Positions 27,257-35,272 of a DNA stretch of 64,000 nucleotides are shown in pieces; within the stretch, counting starts at the first letter, position 1, and each line of letters begins with the position of its first letter. The position numbers were made by a program, and so were the translations under genes. This stretch comes from a virus. Under the pieces are notes generated by a model, which did not search any database, was not told where the DNA came from, and worked only from the letters and a program-made list of their open reading frames with translations. The DNA is taken from positions 15,031 through 79,030 of the IMG/VR virus record IMGVR_UViG_3300028400_000005; one strand, given 5' to 3'.

Positions 27257-28323
27257 AGTTCGCCCAGGCCGTCTCACTCCTGGCGGGCCTCGTGCCTACC
27301 CGCGCCAGCAACCCGGCGCTGGGCCACATCCACCTCGATACCAAAGACGGGGTGCTCGTCGGCCGCGCGTCCAACGGGGAAGTGGACCTCGAAATCATGA
27401 CGACGGAGGCGGCCCTCGAGCTGGATCCGGGCGGGGTGCTGGTGCCCCCGGCGGGGTTTGCGCGGTTTGTCGCTAGCCTGAAAGAACCTGCGCTGGGATA
27501 CGACCCCGAGACGCGCGAGCTGGTCGTCAGCGGCGGCGCAGCCTCGGCCCGTTTCCGCACCGGCCGCGCCGACGACTTCCCCGAGATGCGCGCCTTTGGG
27601 GGCGAGGTTCCGCGCGTGCGCATCCCTGCCGGCGAGCTTCGCCGGGCGCTGTCCGTGCGCTTCGCAAGCTCGGCCGAAGACTACCGCGCGATCTTCCGCG
27701 GGGTGCAGTTCGAGTTCCGCGAGAAAGGCTTCCGCACCGCGGCCTCGGACGGGTTCCGCCTCGCGGTCTACGACTTCCCCGAAAGCGAGGGCGAGGTCGA
27801 ACGCCTGTTCGTCATCGCCCGAAAGTCGCTCGACGTGCTGAGCAAGCTCCTTCCCGGGGACGAGTCGCCCGTAGAGGTGGCCGTCCAAGGCCCGCAGGTG
27901 CAGTTCGTGTGGGAAGGCGTGCGCCTGGTCCTCACGGCCATGGAGGGGCAGTTTCCCGACTACGAGCGGGTCGTGCCCAAGGAGATCACCCACACCATCG
28001 AAGCGCCGCGTGACGACCTCCTGACCGCGCTCAAGCGGCTGGCGCCGCTCACGGACCCGAACACGGCCCGGGTGGACGTGCGGTTCGAGGACGGGGCCGC
28101 CACACTCACCGCCGAGGGCGACTACGGTAAGGCCAACGACCGGGTGGAGCTCCTGGCGGTCCAGGGCGAACCCGTCCTGCAGTCGTACAACCTGCATTAC
28201 CTGCAGGAGGCGCTGCAGCACGTGGACACCGATCGTGCCACCCTCGAGCTCAGCGGTCCCGTGACCCCTGCGGTCATCCGCGGAGAAAGCACCTGGAGCA
28301 TCGTGGTACCGCTGCGAACCTAG
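27253..28323 (+). CDS. dnaN: DNA polymerase III beta sliding clamp
   Basis: NPALGHI, ASNGEV, DDFP, R.IFRGV, ASDGFRLA, EGQFPDYERVVP, YNLHYLQEAL, C-terminal VVPLR. Confidence 0.92.
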   Translation: MKFAQAVSLLAGLVPTRASNPALGHIHLDTKDGVLVGRASNGEVDLEIMTTEAALELDPGGVLVPPAGFARFVASLKEPALGYDPETRELVVSGGAASARFRTGRADDFPEMRAFGGEVPRVRIPAGELRRALSVRFASSAEDYRAIFRGVQFEFREKGFRTAASDGFRLAVYDFPESEGEVERLFVIARKSLDVLSKLLPGDESPVEVAVQGPQVQFVWEGVRLVLTAMEGQFPDYERVVPKEITHTIEAPRDDLLTALKRLAPLTDPNTARVDVRFEDGAATLTAEGDYGKANDRVELLAVQGEPVLQSYNLHYLQEALQHVDTDRATLELSGPVTPAVIRGESTWSIVVPLRT

Positions 28324-28353
28324 CGGTTAACCGGCCGTCCTACCCTCCTAGGG

Positions 28354-28393
28354 CGGTACCCCCGCGGTTCCTACCGTGGGGGTACCGTTTGTT
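28354..28393 (+). terminator. Hairpin after dnaN
   Basis: CGGTACCCCCGCGG-TTCCTA-CCGTGGGGGTACCG followed by TTTGTT. Confidence 0.55.
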
Positions 28394-28459
28394 ACCGCTA
28401 CCCATGTACCGCTCGAGGCCGGAAAAACTCCCACGGTATCGACGCGTACGGTAGGTGCG

Positions 28460-29194
28460 ATGGGTGACCGTTCCGACGACTACATCCAGCTCCCCAACGG
28501 CGGGCGGGCGCTGCGCTGCAAGGCCACCCTCAAGAACGGCAAGCGCTGCTCCAACCCGGCCCGCAAGGGCTTCGAGGTCTGCTGGAAGCACGGCGCCGGA
28601 TCGGGCAAGCGCGAAAAGGAGGGCACGCGTAAGCCCCCGGGCCGGCCGCCCGTGCATGGCCTCTACTCCAAGCACGGGCTCACCTCGATCCGGGAGCTGC
28701 GGGATCAGCTGCTCGAGCTCGGGGGAGAGCTCGACAACACCGACGCGGCGCTGGCCACCCTCAAGGCCACCCTCGAGTGGCTGCTCAGCCTCGCGGACAA
28801 CCAGAAGGACAAGGCGGAGAAGTTCGAGAAGCTGGCCGATACGCTCGCCGCGGCGGCCTCGGAGGCGAGGTCGTACGGCGACGTGGAAACGGCCGTCGAG
28901 CTGGGTCGGGACGTGCGCGCGGCCCTGCGGCTCGCCACCGAGCTGTCGTCCTGGACGGACCGCCTCGTCGAGGCCGCCCTCAAGGTGATCAACGCGGTCA
29001 AGCAGCGCGCCGAAACCCGGGCCAAGCTGGCCGAAACCAGGGCGCTCGAGCAGTTCGTCAAGCTGGCCGCGGGCGTCCGCGACATCGTTTGGGACCTGAT
29101 GGACGAGGAAACCCTGAACGTCTTCGAGGACCGCTTGCGCCGGGAGCTGCTGGCCCCGAAGCGCCTGCAGCTCCCGGAACGCACGCAGGACTAG
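28460..29194 (+). CDS. HGGxSTG-type zinc-finger protein, probable terminase small subunit
   Basis: RCKATLKNGKRCSNPA..G..VCWKHG...GRPPVHGLYSK followed by coiled coil; late-type promoter; upstream of TerL. Confidence 0.7.
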   Translation: MGDRSDDYIQLPNGGRALRCKATLKNGKRCSNPARKGFEVCWKHGAGSGKREKEGTRKPPGRPPVHGLYSKHGLTSIRELRDQLLELGGELDNTDAALATLKATLEWLLSLADNQKDKAEKFEKLADTLAAAASEARSYGDVETAVELGRDVRAALRLATELSSWTDRLVEAALKVINAVKQRAETRAKLAETRALEQFVKLAAGVRDIVWDLMDEETLNVFEDRLRRELLAPKRLQLPERTQD

Positions 29195-29652
29195 CTCGAG
29201 CGCAGACCCAAACCGACCCAGCCCTCCTCGCCGCGTTGGTCACGCGGGAGCTCCAGGTACTGGCCGATCGCGTCCACCAGCGCGTAGCGCTCCGCCAGGC
29301 TCAGCTCCCGGACCCGCCGCAGCAGGCCCTCGCAGTCGTCCAGTCCGGCCTGCTCGCACAGGCGCTCGTGCTGCTCGGCCTCCTCGACCGTCGCCGGCAC
29401 TAGGTAGATCAGCTCGGGAGCCTCCACGGACGCCATCGAGCTGAGGGCGTACGCCAGCGCCTCGAGCTCAGCAACGGAGAAGCGGTCGCGCAACCCGCGC
29501 ATGGCGCGCTCGAGCATGGAGTAGTAGCGCGCGAGGTCGCGGCGCGCGATCTCAGTCGGGGTGGCGGAGCGCGCCCGCTGGACCAGGTCGGCCCCCGGAC
29601 GCACGTCCGGGCTCAGCGACGTGTTAACCCGCAAGGCGTTTTTCATGGGCAT
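29191..29652 (-). CDS. Putative small DNA-binding regulator (paralog of 19348-19782)
   Basis: VRPGADL, IARRDLARYY, RVRELSLAERYALVDA. Confidence 0.65.
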   Translation of the reverse strand: MPMKNALRVNTSLSPDVRPGADLVQRARSATPTEIARRDLARYYSMLERAMRGLRDRFSVAELEALAYALSSMASVEAPELIYLVPATVEEAEQHERLCEQAGLDDCEGLLRRVRELSLAERYALVDAIGQYLELPRDQRGEEGWVGLGLRSS

Positions 29653-29670
29653 TTCAGCACCTCCGCCGCC

Positions 29671-29734
29671 ATCCTAGCACGGTACGCGGACCGCGCGCAA
29701 TAGGATTGCAAGGGTACGCGTACCGTGCTACAAT
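29671..29734. promoter_or_regulatory. Divergent promoters with 14-bp inverted operator
   Basis: TAGCACGGTACGCG (29675-29688) and CGCGTACCGTGCTA (29717-29730); rightward TTGCAA-N17-TACAAT, leftward TTGCGC-N18-TAGGAT. Confidence 0.7.
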
Positions 29735-29754
29735 ACGGGTGTGGGAGGTATGCG

Positions 29755-30429
29755 ATGAAGAAAGCGGAAATGAGCGCGAAACTGTTGGCGGCCCTGAGCG
29801 AGCTCGGTGACTCCTTGGCCCCGCTGCACGTGATGCTTGGCAACGAGCTCGAGCCCCGCCCGGCCTACCTGTTCCTCGGCGAGGACGAGGTGGGGTTCCG
29901 GGTGGCGTACTCCGACGGTACGCCGGAGGCCGTCTGGAACGGCCGCGTCCGTGAGTGGTCGCTCCACCCGCGGCTCTCCGCGGACGCCCTGCGCCGGTTG
30001 GCCGAAGACGACCGCGTGCTGTCCCTGCTCGAGCGCGTGGCGGCCGGCCTCAGCGTGGAGTGGGACGGCAGCAACCGCGTGGGCCGCCTCTCGCCCGACG
30101 CCGCGGCCGCCGAGGAGGAGCTGGGCGACCTGCTCGAGCGCGAGTACGGGCTCGACGGCGACCTGGTGCCGTCCTACGACGCCGATGAGGTTGTCTGGGG
30201 CGTGAACGTGCCGTCGCGCGAAAAGCTCGCTGAGGTCTGGCCCCCGGAAAAATCCCTCGACGAGGCCGTGAGTGCGCTGGAAGAGCTGGCCCGGTCTGAG
30301 GGCTTTCTCGTCCGCGGCGACCTCGAGCGGGTGCTCCTGGACGCCCTGGAATCGCTGGGCGACGAAGACCCCGACGCCCTCACGGGCGAGCACCGGCGGG
30401 AGTACGAAGCGCGCTTCGCCGCGGCCTGA
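29755..30429 (+). CDS. Acidic hypothetical protein
   Basis: GGGAGG RBS before ATG 29755; own promoter and terminator. Confidence 0.7.
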   Translation: MKKAEMSAKLLAALSELGDSLAPLHVMLGNELEPRPAYLFLGEDEVGFRVAYSDGTPEAVWNGRVREWSLHPRLSADALRRLAEDDRVLSLLERVAAGLSVEWDGSNRVGRLSPDAAAAEEELGDLLEREYGLDGDLVPSYDADEVVWGVNVPSREKLAEVWPPEKSLDEAVSALEELARSEGFLVRGDLERVLLDALESLGDEDPDALTGEHRREYEARFAAA

Positions 30430-30447
30430 TCCGGTCTCGACTCCTCA

Positions 30448-30473
30448 AAGGCCGCCCTGGGAAGGGCGGCCTT
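30448..30473. terminator. GC-rich hairpin
   Basis: AAGGCCGCCCT-GGGA-AGGGCGGCCTT. Confidence 0.6.
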
Positions 30474-30563
30474 GCTCATGGGCCCGCCACCGGGACGGCT
30501 TTGTGCGCGTGTGGGGCGCAGCTTCCATTGTTCACCGGCCTTTACTAAAATCTATATCGGTAC

Positions 30564-30746
30564 TCAAAAATGTATCAAAAGCCAAAATACAAGAAGAGCA
30601 ATCGTAAGGAAAATCAGACCCGTAAGCCCTGTCCAGACCGCCACCCTGGCCTCTTCGAGCGCGTGTCGCTCCTGCTGCAGATAGCGCGCCTGGTGGTGGC
30701 CCTCCTGCAACTCCTGCTGCGCTGATGGTCTGGTGTTACAGACCAC
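30564..30746 (-). CDS. Possible small single-TM protein in an AT-rich patch
   Basis: C-terminal hydrophobic helix; start uncertain. Confidence 0.3.
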   Translation of the reverse strand: MVCNTRPSAQQELQEGHHQARYLQQERHALEEARVAVWTGLTGLIFLTIALLVFWLLIHF

Positions 30747-30904
30747 GCAGCAAGCATGTTGGCTGGACCGTCTAATATTCCCGCTAATAGAAATAAACGG
30801 GAATATCCCGGAACCTTACACCCCGAGGCCCTGCGGGTGTAAGGTTCCCGCCCTGGGCGTCCCGGGCGGCCGCTTCTGACCGCCCCCGCGCCTAGCGTGG
30901 GGGT

Positions 30905-31423
30905 ATGAGCCCTGCGCATCGCATCTACGCCGTGGACCCCGGGGGCACCACCGGGCACGCCGTCGTCGAAGGGGGAACCGTGCGTATGGCGGGCGCCGTC
31001 CCGCGCTCCGACGCCCTCGAGGTCCTGACGGCCGCCTTCGTGGACTACCGCCCGCACCTGGTGGTGCTCGAGGGCTGGGAGAATCAGGGCCGCCGCCCGA
31101 ACATCCACGCCGCCTACGCCAATCAGGTCCTGGGGTACGTCAAGGCCCTAGCCCACGTCTACAAGGTGCCGCTCGTCGAGACCTACGCCTCGGTCTGGAA
31201 GCCCGCCATGCGGGCCGGCGCCATGGCGATCCCCGGGGACCGCTACGGGGTGCCGACGGTGCGCAAGGAAAGCCGGGCGCTCGCCCTGCGGCTCGCCCTC
31301 GAGCTCGGCGGCTGGCCGGCGGACACCTTCGAGGGCCTGCCCCGGCGCGACTGGCCGCACGTCATTGACGCGCTCGCCCTGGCCGTCTGGGGGTGGAAGT
31401 ATGGCGCCCGCCCTCGAGCCTGA
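30905..31423 (+). CDS. RuvC-like Holliday junction resolvase
   Basis: IYAVDPGGTTGHAV, VVLEG, SVWK, HVIDALALA. Confidence 0.8.
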   Translation: MSPAHRIYAVDPGGTTGHAVVEGGTVRMAGAVPRSDALEVLTAAFVDYRPHLVVLEGWENQGRRPNIHAAYANQVLGYVKALAHVYKVPLVETYASVWKPAMRAGAMAIPGDRYGVPTVRKESRALALRLALELGGWPADTFEGLPRRDWPHVIDALALAVWGWKYGARPRA

Positions 31424-33422
31424 GTTTGCACGCGCGGCGAGCGAGGTCCTGTTTCGCCCGCCGCCGGTCTTCAGCGCCGATGAGCTCGAGACCCTAGCCG
31501 GCTTCGCGCACGCGTCGGGGATCCGCCCCGAGGGGGTCGGGGGGCCGCGGTTCTCCCTCGAGGGGCGCCCCTACCTGGAAGCGCTGTACGGCGAGCGCCG
31601 GGACAAGCCGTTCACCCGGCTGGTGATCATGAAGGCCGCCCAGATGGGCCTCACCGTGAAGCTGCTGTACCGCGCCGGCTGGCTCACCGCGGACGCGAAC
31701 ACCCGCTTCAACGTCGCCCTCATGTTCCCGACGCTCGAGGCCGTCCTCGACCTGCACAAGTCGCGTTTCCGGCCGATGATGCAGTCGTCGAGCAAGATGA
31801 TGAAGCTGATCGGGGACGTGGACGCCGTGGGCCTGGTGCGCGTCGGGGTTTCCACGATGCGCTTCCGCGGCATGCGCTCGGGGATCGGGGTGGACTCCTT
31901 CCCGGCGGACGCCCTGCTCTTCGACGAGGTGCGCCTCATGGACCTGGCCACCATCGAGCGCACCTTCGTGCGCGTCTCGGCCTCGAGGTTCGAGTGGGAG
32001 GGCCGCCGCGGGCTGATCGAGCTGAACTCCACCGCCGGTTTCCCGGGCATGGACATAGACCGCTGGTTCCAGCGCTCGACCATGAACTACTGGCGGACGC
32101 CCTGCCCCAACCCCGCCTGCAAGCTCCACCACGAGGGGATCGTCATGCCCCTGCGCTGGCCGGACGTGGTGGGCCGGGACGGCTCGAGGCTCTACTACCA
32201 ATGCCCCGAGTGCAAGACCGAGATCACCGACGACGTGCTGCTCAAGCACGGGTTCTACGTGCCCGAAAACCCCGGCGCCGAATGGGAGGGCTACCAGTTT
32301 TCGCAGATCCTGCGGGGCAACCGCTACCTGCCCGAGCTGTGGGCGGCCTGGGAGCGTGGCGACAACCTGCCCGAGTTTTACAACTCGCGCCTCGGGCTGC
32401 CCTACCGCGACCCCGACGCCGTGCCGGCGCCGCGCGAGACCGTCGAGGCCTGCATGGACCCCGAGTACCGCTGGCCCGACCCCGAGGACCTGAAGGGGGA
32501 GTGGGTGGCCGTGGGCGTAGACCAGCGCGCCCCCGAAAAGCACGCCGTCGTCTACAAGCTGGGCCACGGGAGCACCTTCGACCTGGTGCACCTTGAGGTC
32601 CTGGAGGTCAGCGGTGAGGACGCCGTGCGCGCGCTCGAGCTCCTGGCCCGCCGCTGGCACGCCAAGATCGTGGTGATTGACGGCGAGCCCTCCTACGACC
32701 TGGCCGTCGGCCTCGCCCGCCGCCTGCCCAAGGGGGTGGTCTGGCTGGCGGACTACGCGGACTCGCCCCACGCGATCACGTGGAAAGACGAGCGCACCCG
32801 CAAGGACATCCAGAAGTCCACCGGTGAGGTCAAGTACGAGTACCGGGTGCTGCTGGACCGCTACAAGGCCCTCGACTGGGCCCTCACGCAGTTTCAGCGG
32901 CGCCGCATCCGCGTGCCCGTGGACTTCTACGAGAAGCACCAGACCCGGCGCATCGGCGGGGTGGCGCAGAAGTGGCCGGTGGCGAAGGAGTACGTGACCC
33001 ACCTCGAGAACATTGCCCGGGCCACCATCCCGGTCTACCGCACGCTGCCCACCGGCGAGCGCGTGCACTCCGGCGAGGTGCGCCAGATCTACCGCCACCT
33101 GGCCCTCGACCCCCACTTCGCCCACGCCCACGTCTACGCCCTCGTCGGGCTGGCCCGCCGGATGGGGGACACGACCATCCACATGGGGGCCGAGGCCTCG
33201 CTCAAGCCCCCGTCGCCGCTCGAGGCCGCCACCCCCCAAGGCCTGAGGCCGGGCGACCTGGCGCTCGAGCGTCAGCGGGCGCTCAGCCGCACCTGCGGGG
33301 TCTGCCGCTACTACTCCGCGCTGTCGGGGGGCAAGGGGCGGTGCAATCACCCCAGCAACGCCGCGATCAACCTGCGGGTGGGCGAAAGCGACCCCCATTG
33401 CCCGCTGTGGCGGCGCAAGTAG
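31401..33422 (+). CDS. Terminase large subunit (lambda GpA-like)
   Basis: IMKAAQMGLT, ALMFPT, LLFDEV, NSTAGFP, CP..C zinc motifs, EFYNSRLGLPY, VGVDQ, DPHFAHA. Confidence 0.9.
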   Translation: MAPALEPEFARAASEVLFRPPPVFSADELETLAGFAHASGIRPEGVGGPRFSLEGRPYLEALYGERRDKPFTRLVIMKAAQMGLTVKLLYRAGWLTADANTRFNVALMFPTLEAVLDLHKSRFRPMMQSSSKMMKLIGDVDAVGLVRVGVSTMRFRGMRSGIGVDSFPADALLFDEVRLMDLATIERTFVRVSASRFEWEGRRGLIELNSTAGFPGMDIDRWFQRSTMNYWRTPCPNPACKLHHEGIVMPLRWPDVVGRDGSRLYYQCPECKTEITDDVLLKHGFYVPENPGAEWEGYQFSQILRGNRYLPELWAAWERGDNLPEFYNSRLGLPYRDPDAVPAPRETVEACMDPEYRWPDPEDLKGEWVAVGVDQRAPEKHAVVYKLGHGSTFDLVHLEVLEVSGEDAVRALELLARRWHAKIVVIDGEPSYDLAVGLARRLPKGVVWLADYADSPHAITWKDERTRKDIQKSTGEVKYEYRVLLDRYKALDWALTQFQRRRIRVPVDFYEKHQTRRIGGVAQKWPVAKEYVTHLENIARATIPVYRTLPTGERVHSGEVRQIYRHLALDPHFAHAHVYALVGLARRMGDTTIHMGAEASLKPPSPLEAATPQGLRPGDLALERQRALSRTCGVCRYYSALSGGKGRCNHPSNAAINLRVGESDPHCPLWRRK

Positions 33423-33434
33423 CCGAACAGACGA

Positions 33435-33464
33435 ACGCCCGGGCCAGCATACGAGCCCGGGCGT
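33435..33464. terminator. Hairpin between convergent genes
   Basis: ACGCCCGGGC-N10-GCCCGGGCGT. Confidence 0.5.
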
Positions 33465-33483
33465 CTGTCTAACCTACGTGCCG

Positions 33484-34284
33484 CTATGCGCCGGCCAGGT
33501 AGTCCTCGACCGGTCCGAAGAGCTCGTCGCCGGCCGCCTTGAGCTCGACGAGGGACGCGGCCCTCACCGTGTGGTCGGGCTCCACCGCGTCCACCATGCG
33601 CTCGCTGGCGTGCTTCTGCGCCTCGGGATCCAGGACCTCCGGGGCGTTGTCCCGCACCACCCGCACCACCTCGCCCAGGCCGGGCGGGGGGAGAAGGCCG
33701 CCCTCCTCGTCCCAGGTATGGGTGAGCGCGTGCCGCACCACGTCCAGCGTGGGACCGTCGTGCTGCTCGTAGTAGGCCCGCATGCGCTCCACGTCGCCCT
33801 GGATCGCGTACGCCTCGTTCGGGAAGCGCACATCCGTCACGGCCACCCGCCCGCCGGCGGCGAGCACCCGGCGCGCCTCGGTGAGGGCCGGGACCAGCCA
33901 GAGGCCCGGGTCAATGCTGCGGCCGATCTCGGTGCCCAGGTGCTGCAGCAGGCGCCGCTCCCGCGGGGCCTTGTTCGCGCCGAAGTAGGCGTAGTAGCGC
34001 TCGAGCACCATCGAGAGCGTGGGCTTGAGGTAGATCCCGACGATCTCCCGCGGCTCGGGGGCGCGGCCCTCGTCCTTGGCGACCTTCTTGGTGTACGCGG
34101 CCACCTGCTCCGCCAGCCCCGGCGTGACCATGGGCACCGTCAGCCCCTCGAGCACCAGCGCCAGACCCTTCAGGGGGTCGGCCAGGGCGATGCGGGTGTA
34201 GCCCCGAGGGGCCAGCACCATGCCGTAGAAGCTGTCCTTGCCCGCGCGCGCTTTGCCGGTGATGCCGATCAGTCTTGGTTTCAT
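33484..34284 (-). CDS. Deoxynucleoside monophosphate kinase
   Basis: MKPRLIGITGKARAGKDS, ALADPLK, RRLLQHLGTEIGR, VTDVRFPNE, HASE. Confidence 0.88.
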   Translation of the reverse strand: MKPRLIGITGKARAGKDSFYGMVLAPRGYTRIALADPLKGLALVLEGLTVPMVTPGLAEQVAAYTKKVAKDEGRAPEPREIVGIYLKPTLSMVLERYYAYFGANKAPRERRLLQHLGTEIGRSIDPGLWLVPALTEARRVLAAGGRVAVTDVRFPNEAYAIQGDVERMRAYYEQHDGPTLDVVRHALTHTWDEEGGLLPPPGLGEVVRVVRDNAPEVLDPEAQKHASERMVDAVEPDHTVRAASLVELKAAGDELFGPVEDYLAGA

Positions 34285-34931
34285 GCGTTCCTCCCGTGCT
34301 GTCCGCGTTTGTTGCCGTACCCGAGCGGGTCGCGCCGCTCGCGGTAGTCCAGGGGTAGGCGCTCGAGCAGACCGCGCAGCGCCTCCCAGCTGCCCGCCCG
34401 CAGCACCCACGGCTCCGTGAGGCTGCGGTTGTAGCGGTGCTCGATCAGGATCGGGGTGAGGCCGGCCTCGGCGAACTCGCGGGCCTCCCGGGGGCTGTCC
34501 TCGACCAGGATCGAGACCCCGAGGCGCGCGGCCACCTCCGCCTTGGTCTCGGGGCGCTCCACGTGATGCACGGGGCGCATGGGGAAGCCGCGCTCGCGCA
34601 GCCACTCCAGGGTCACGTCCCGGGTGTGGGGCTTGCGCCGGGTGATGTAGGCGGTGAGCAGCTTGCGCCGCGCGAGCCATTGGGCGGCCTCGAGGGCGTG
34701 CGGCATGGGATGGGCTTCCCGGTAGGTCTCCGGGTCGCCGTAGATCTCCGAGAGGATCCGCTCCGCCTCCGGGGTCCGTACGCGCTCGGGGAACTCGGCC
34801 AGCACGTCGTCGTAGTGCTCGGGGTCCCAGTAGCGCACGTCCGCGGGCTCGAGCCCCAGCCGCTCCACTAGGCGCCGCATGACGACGGGGGTGAGGTTGG
34901 CGACCACGCCGTCGAGGTCGAGGGCGATCAT
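34281..34931 (-). CDS. HAD-family 5'(3')-deoxyribonucleotidase (NT5C-like)
   Basis: IALDLDGVVA, YITRR, TLEWL, LVEDSP, RYN. Confidence 0.85.
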   Translation of the reverse strand: MIALDLDGVVANLTPVVMRRLVERLGLEPADVRYWDPEHYDDVLAEFPERVRTPEAERILSEIYGDPETYREAHPMPHALEAAQWLARRKLLTAYITRRKPHTRDVTLEWLRERGFPMRPVHHVERPETKAEVAARLGVSILVEDSPREAREFAEAGLTPILIEHRYNRSLTEPWVLRAGSWEALRGLLERLPLDYRERRDPLGYGNKRGQHGRNA

Positions 34932-35272
34932 GCCTGCACCCCCGAGGGGGCCGGCGCCGCCTGCGCGCCGTGGACGAGAACCAGGGCGGGGGTGGTGCCC
35001 ATGCTCGAGGTCAGCCCGATCATGTCGGGGGCCAGCGCCCGCACCAGCTCGAGGTTTTCCATGACCAGCTCGTCGTAGGCCGCGGCGGCCCGGTAGAGGG
35101 CGTTCGTGTTGTTCAGGTGTTCCGAGCTGGGGTAGTTGGGATCGGCGTGGGCCTTCAGGAAGGTGCTACGGATGCCCAGGTAGGTACGGGCGCGCCGGCC
35201 CAGCTCCCGGACGATCCACGCTTCGGGGTAGAGGCCCAGGGCGGCTCGCAGCCGGTGGTACGCCTTCTTCAT
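34928..35272 (-). CDS. Hypothetical protein
   Basis: ATGA-coupled on both sides; AAGGAG RBS. Confidence 0.6.
   Translation of the reverse strand: MKKAYHRLRAALGLYPEAWIVRELGRRARTYLGIRSTFLKAHADPNYPSSEHLNNTNALYRAAAAYDELVMENLELVRALAPDMIGLTSSMGTTPALVLVHGAQAAPAPSGVQA

Noticed and set aside
27253-28323. dnaN/parA as evidence of a host chromosomal origin region
   Set aside because: No dnaA, gyrB, recF or parB synteny; both genes are embedded among phage genes.
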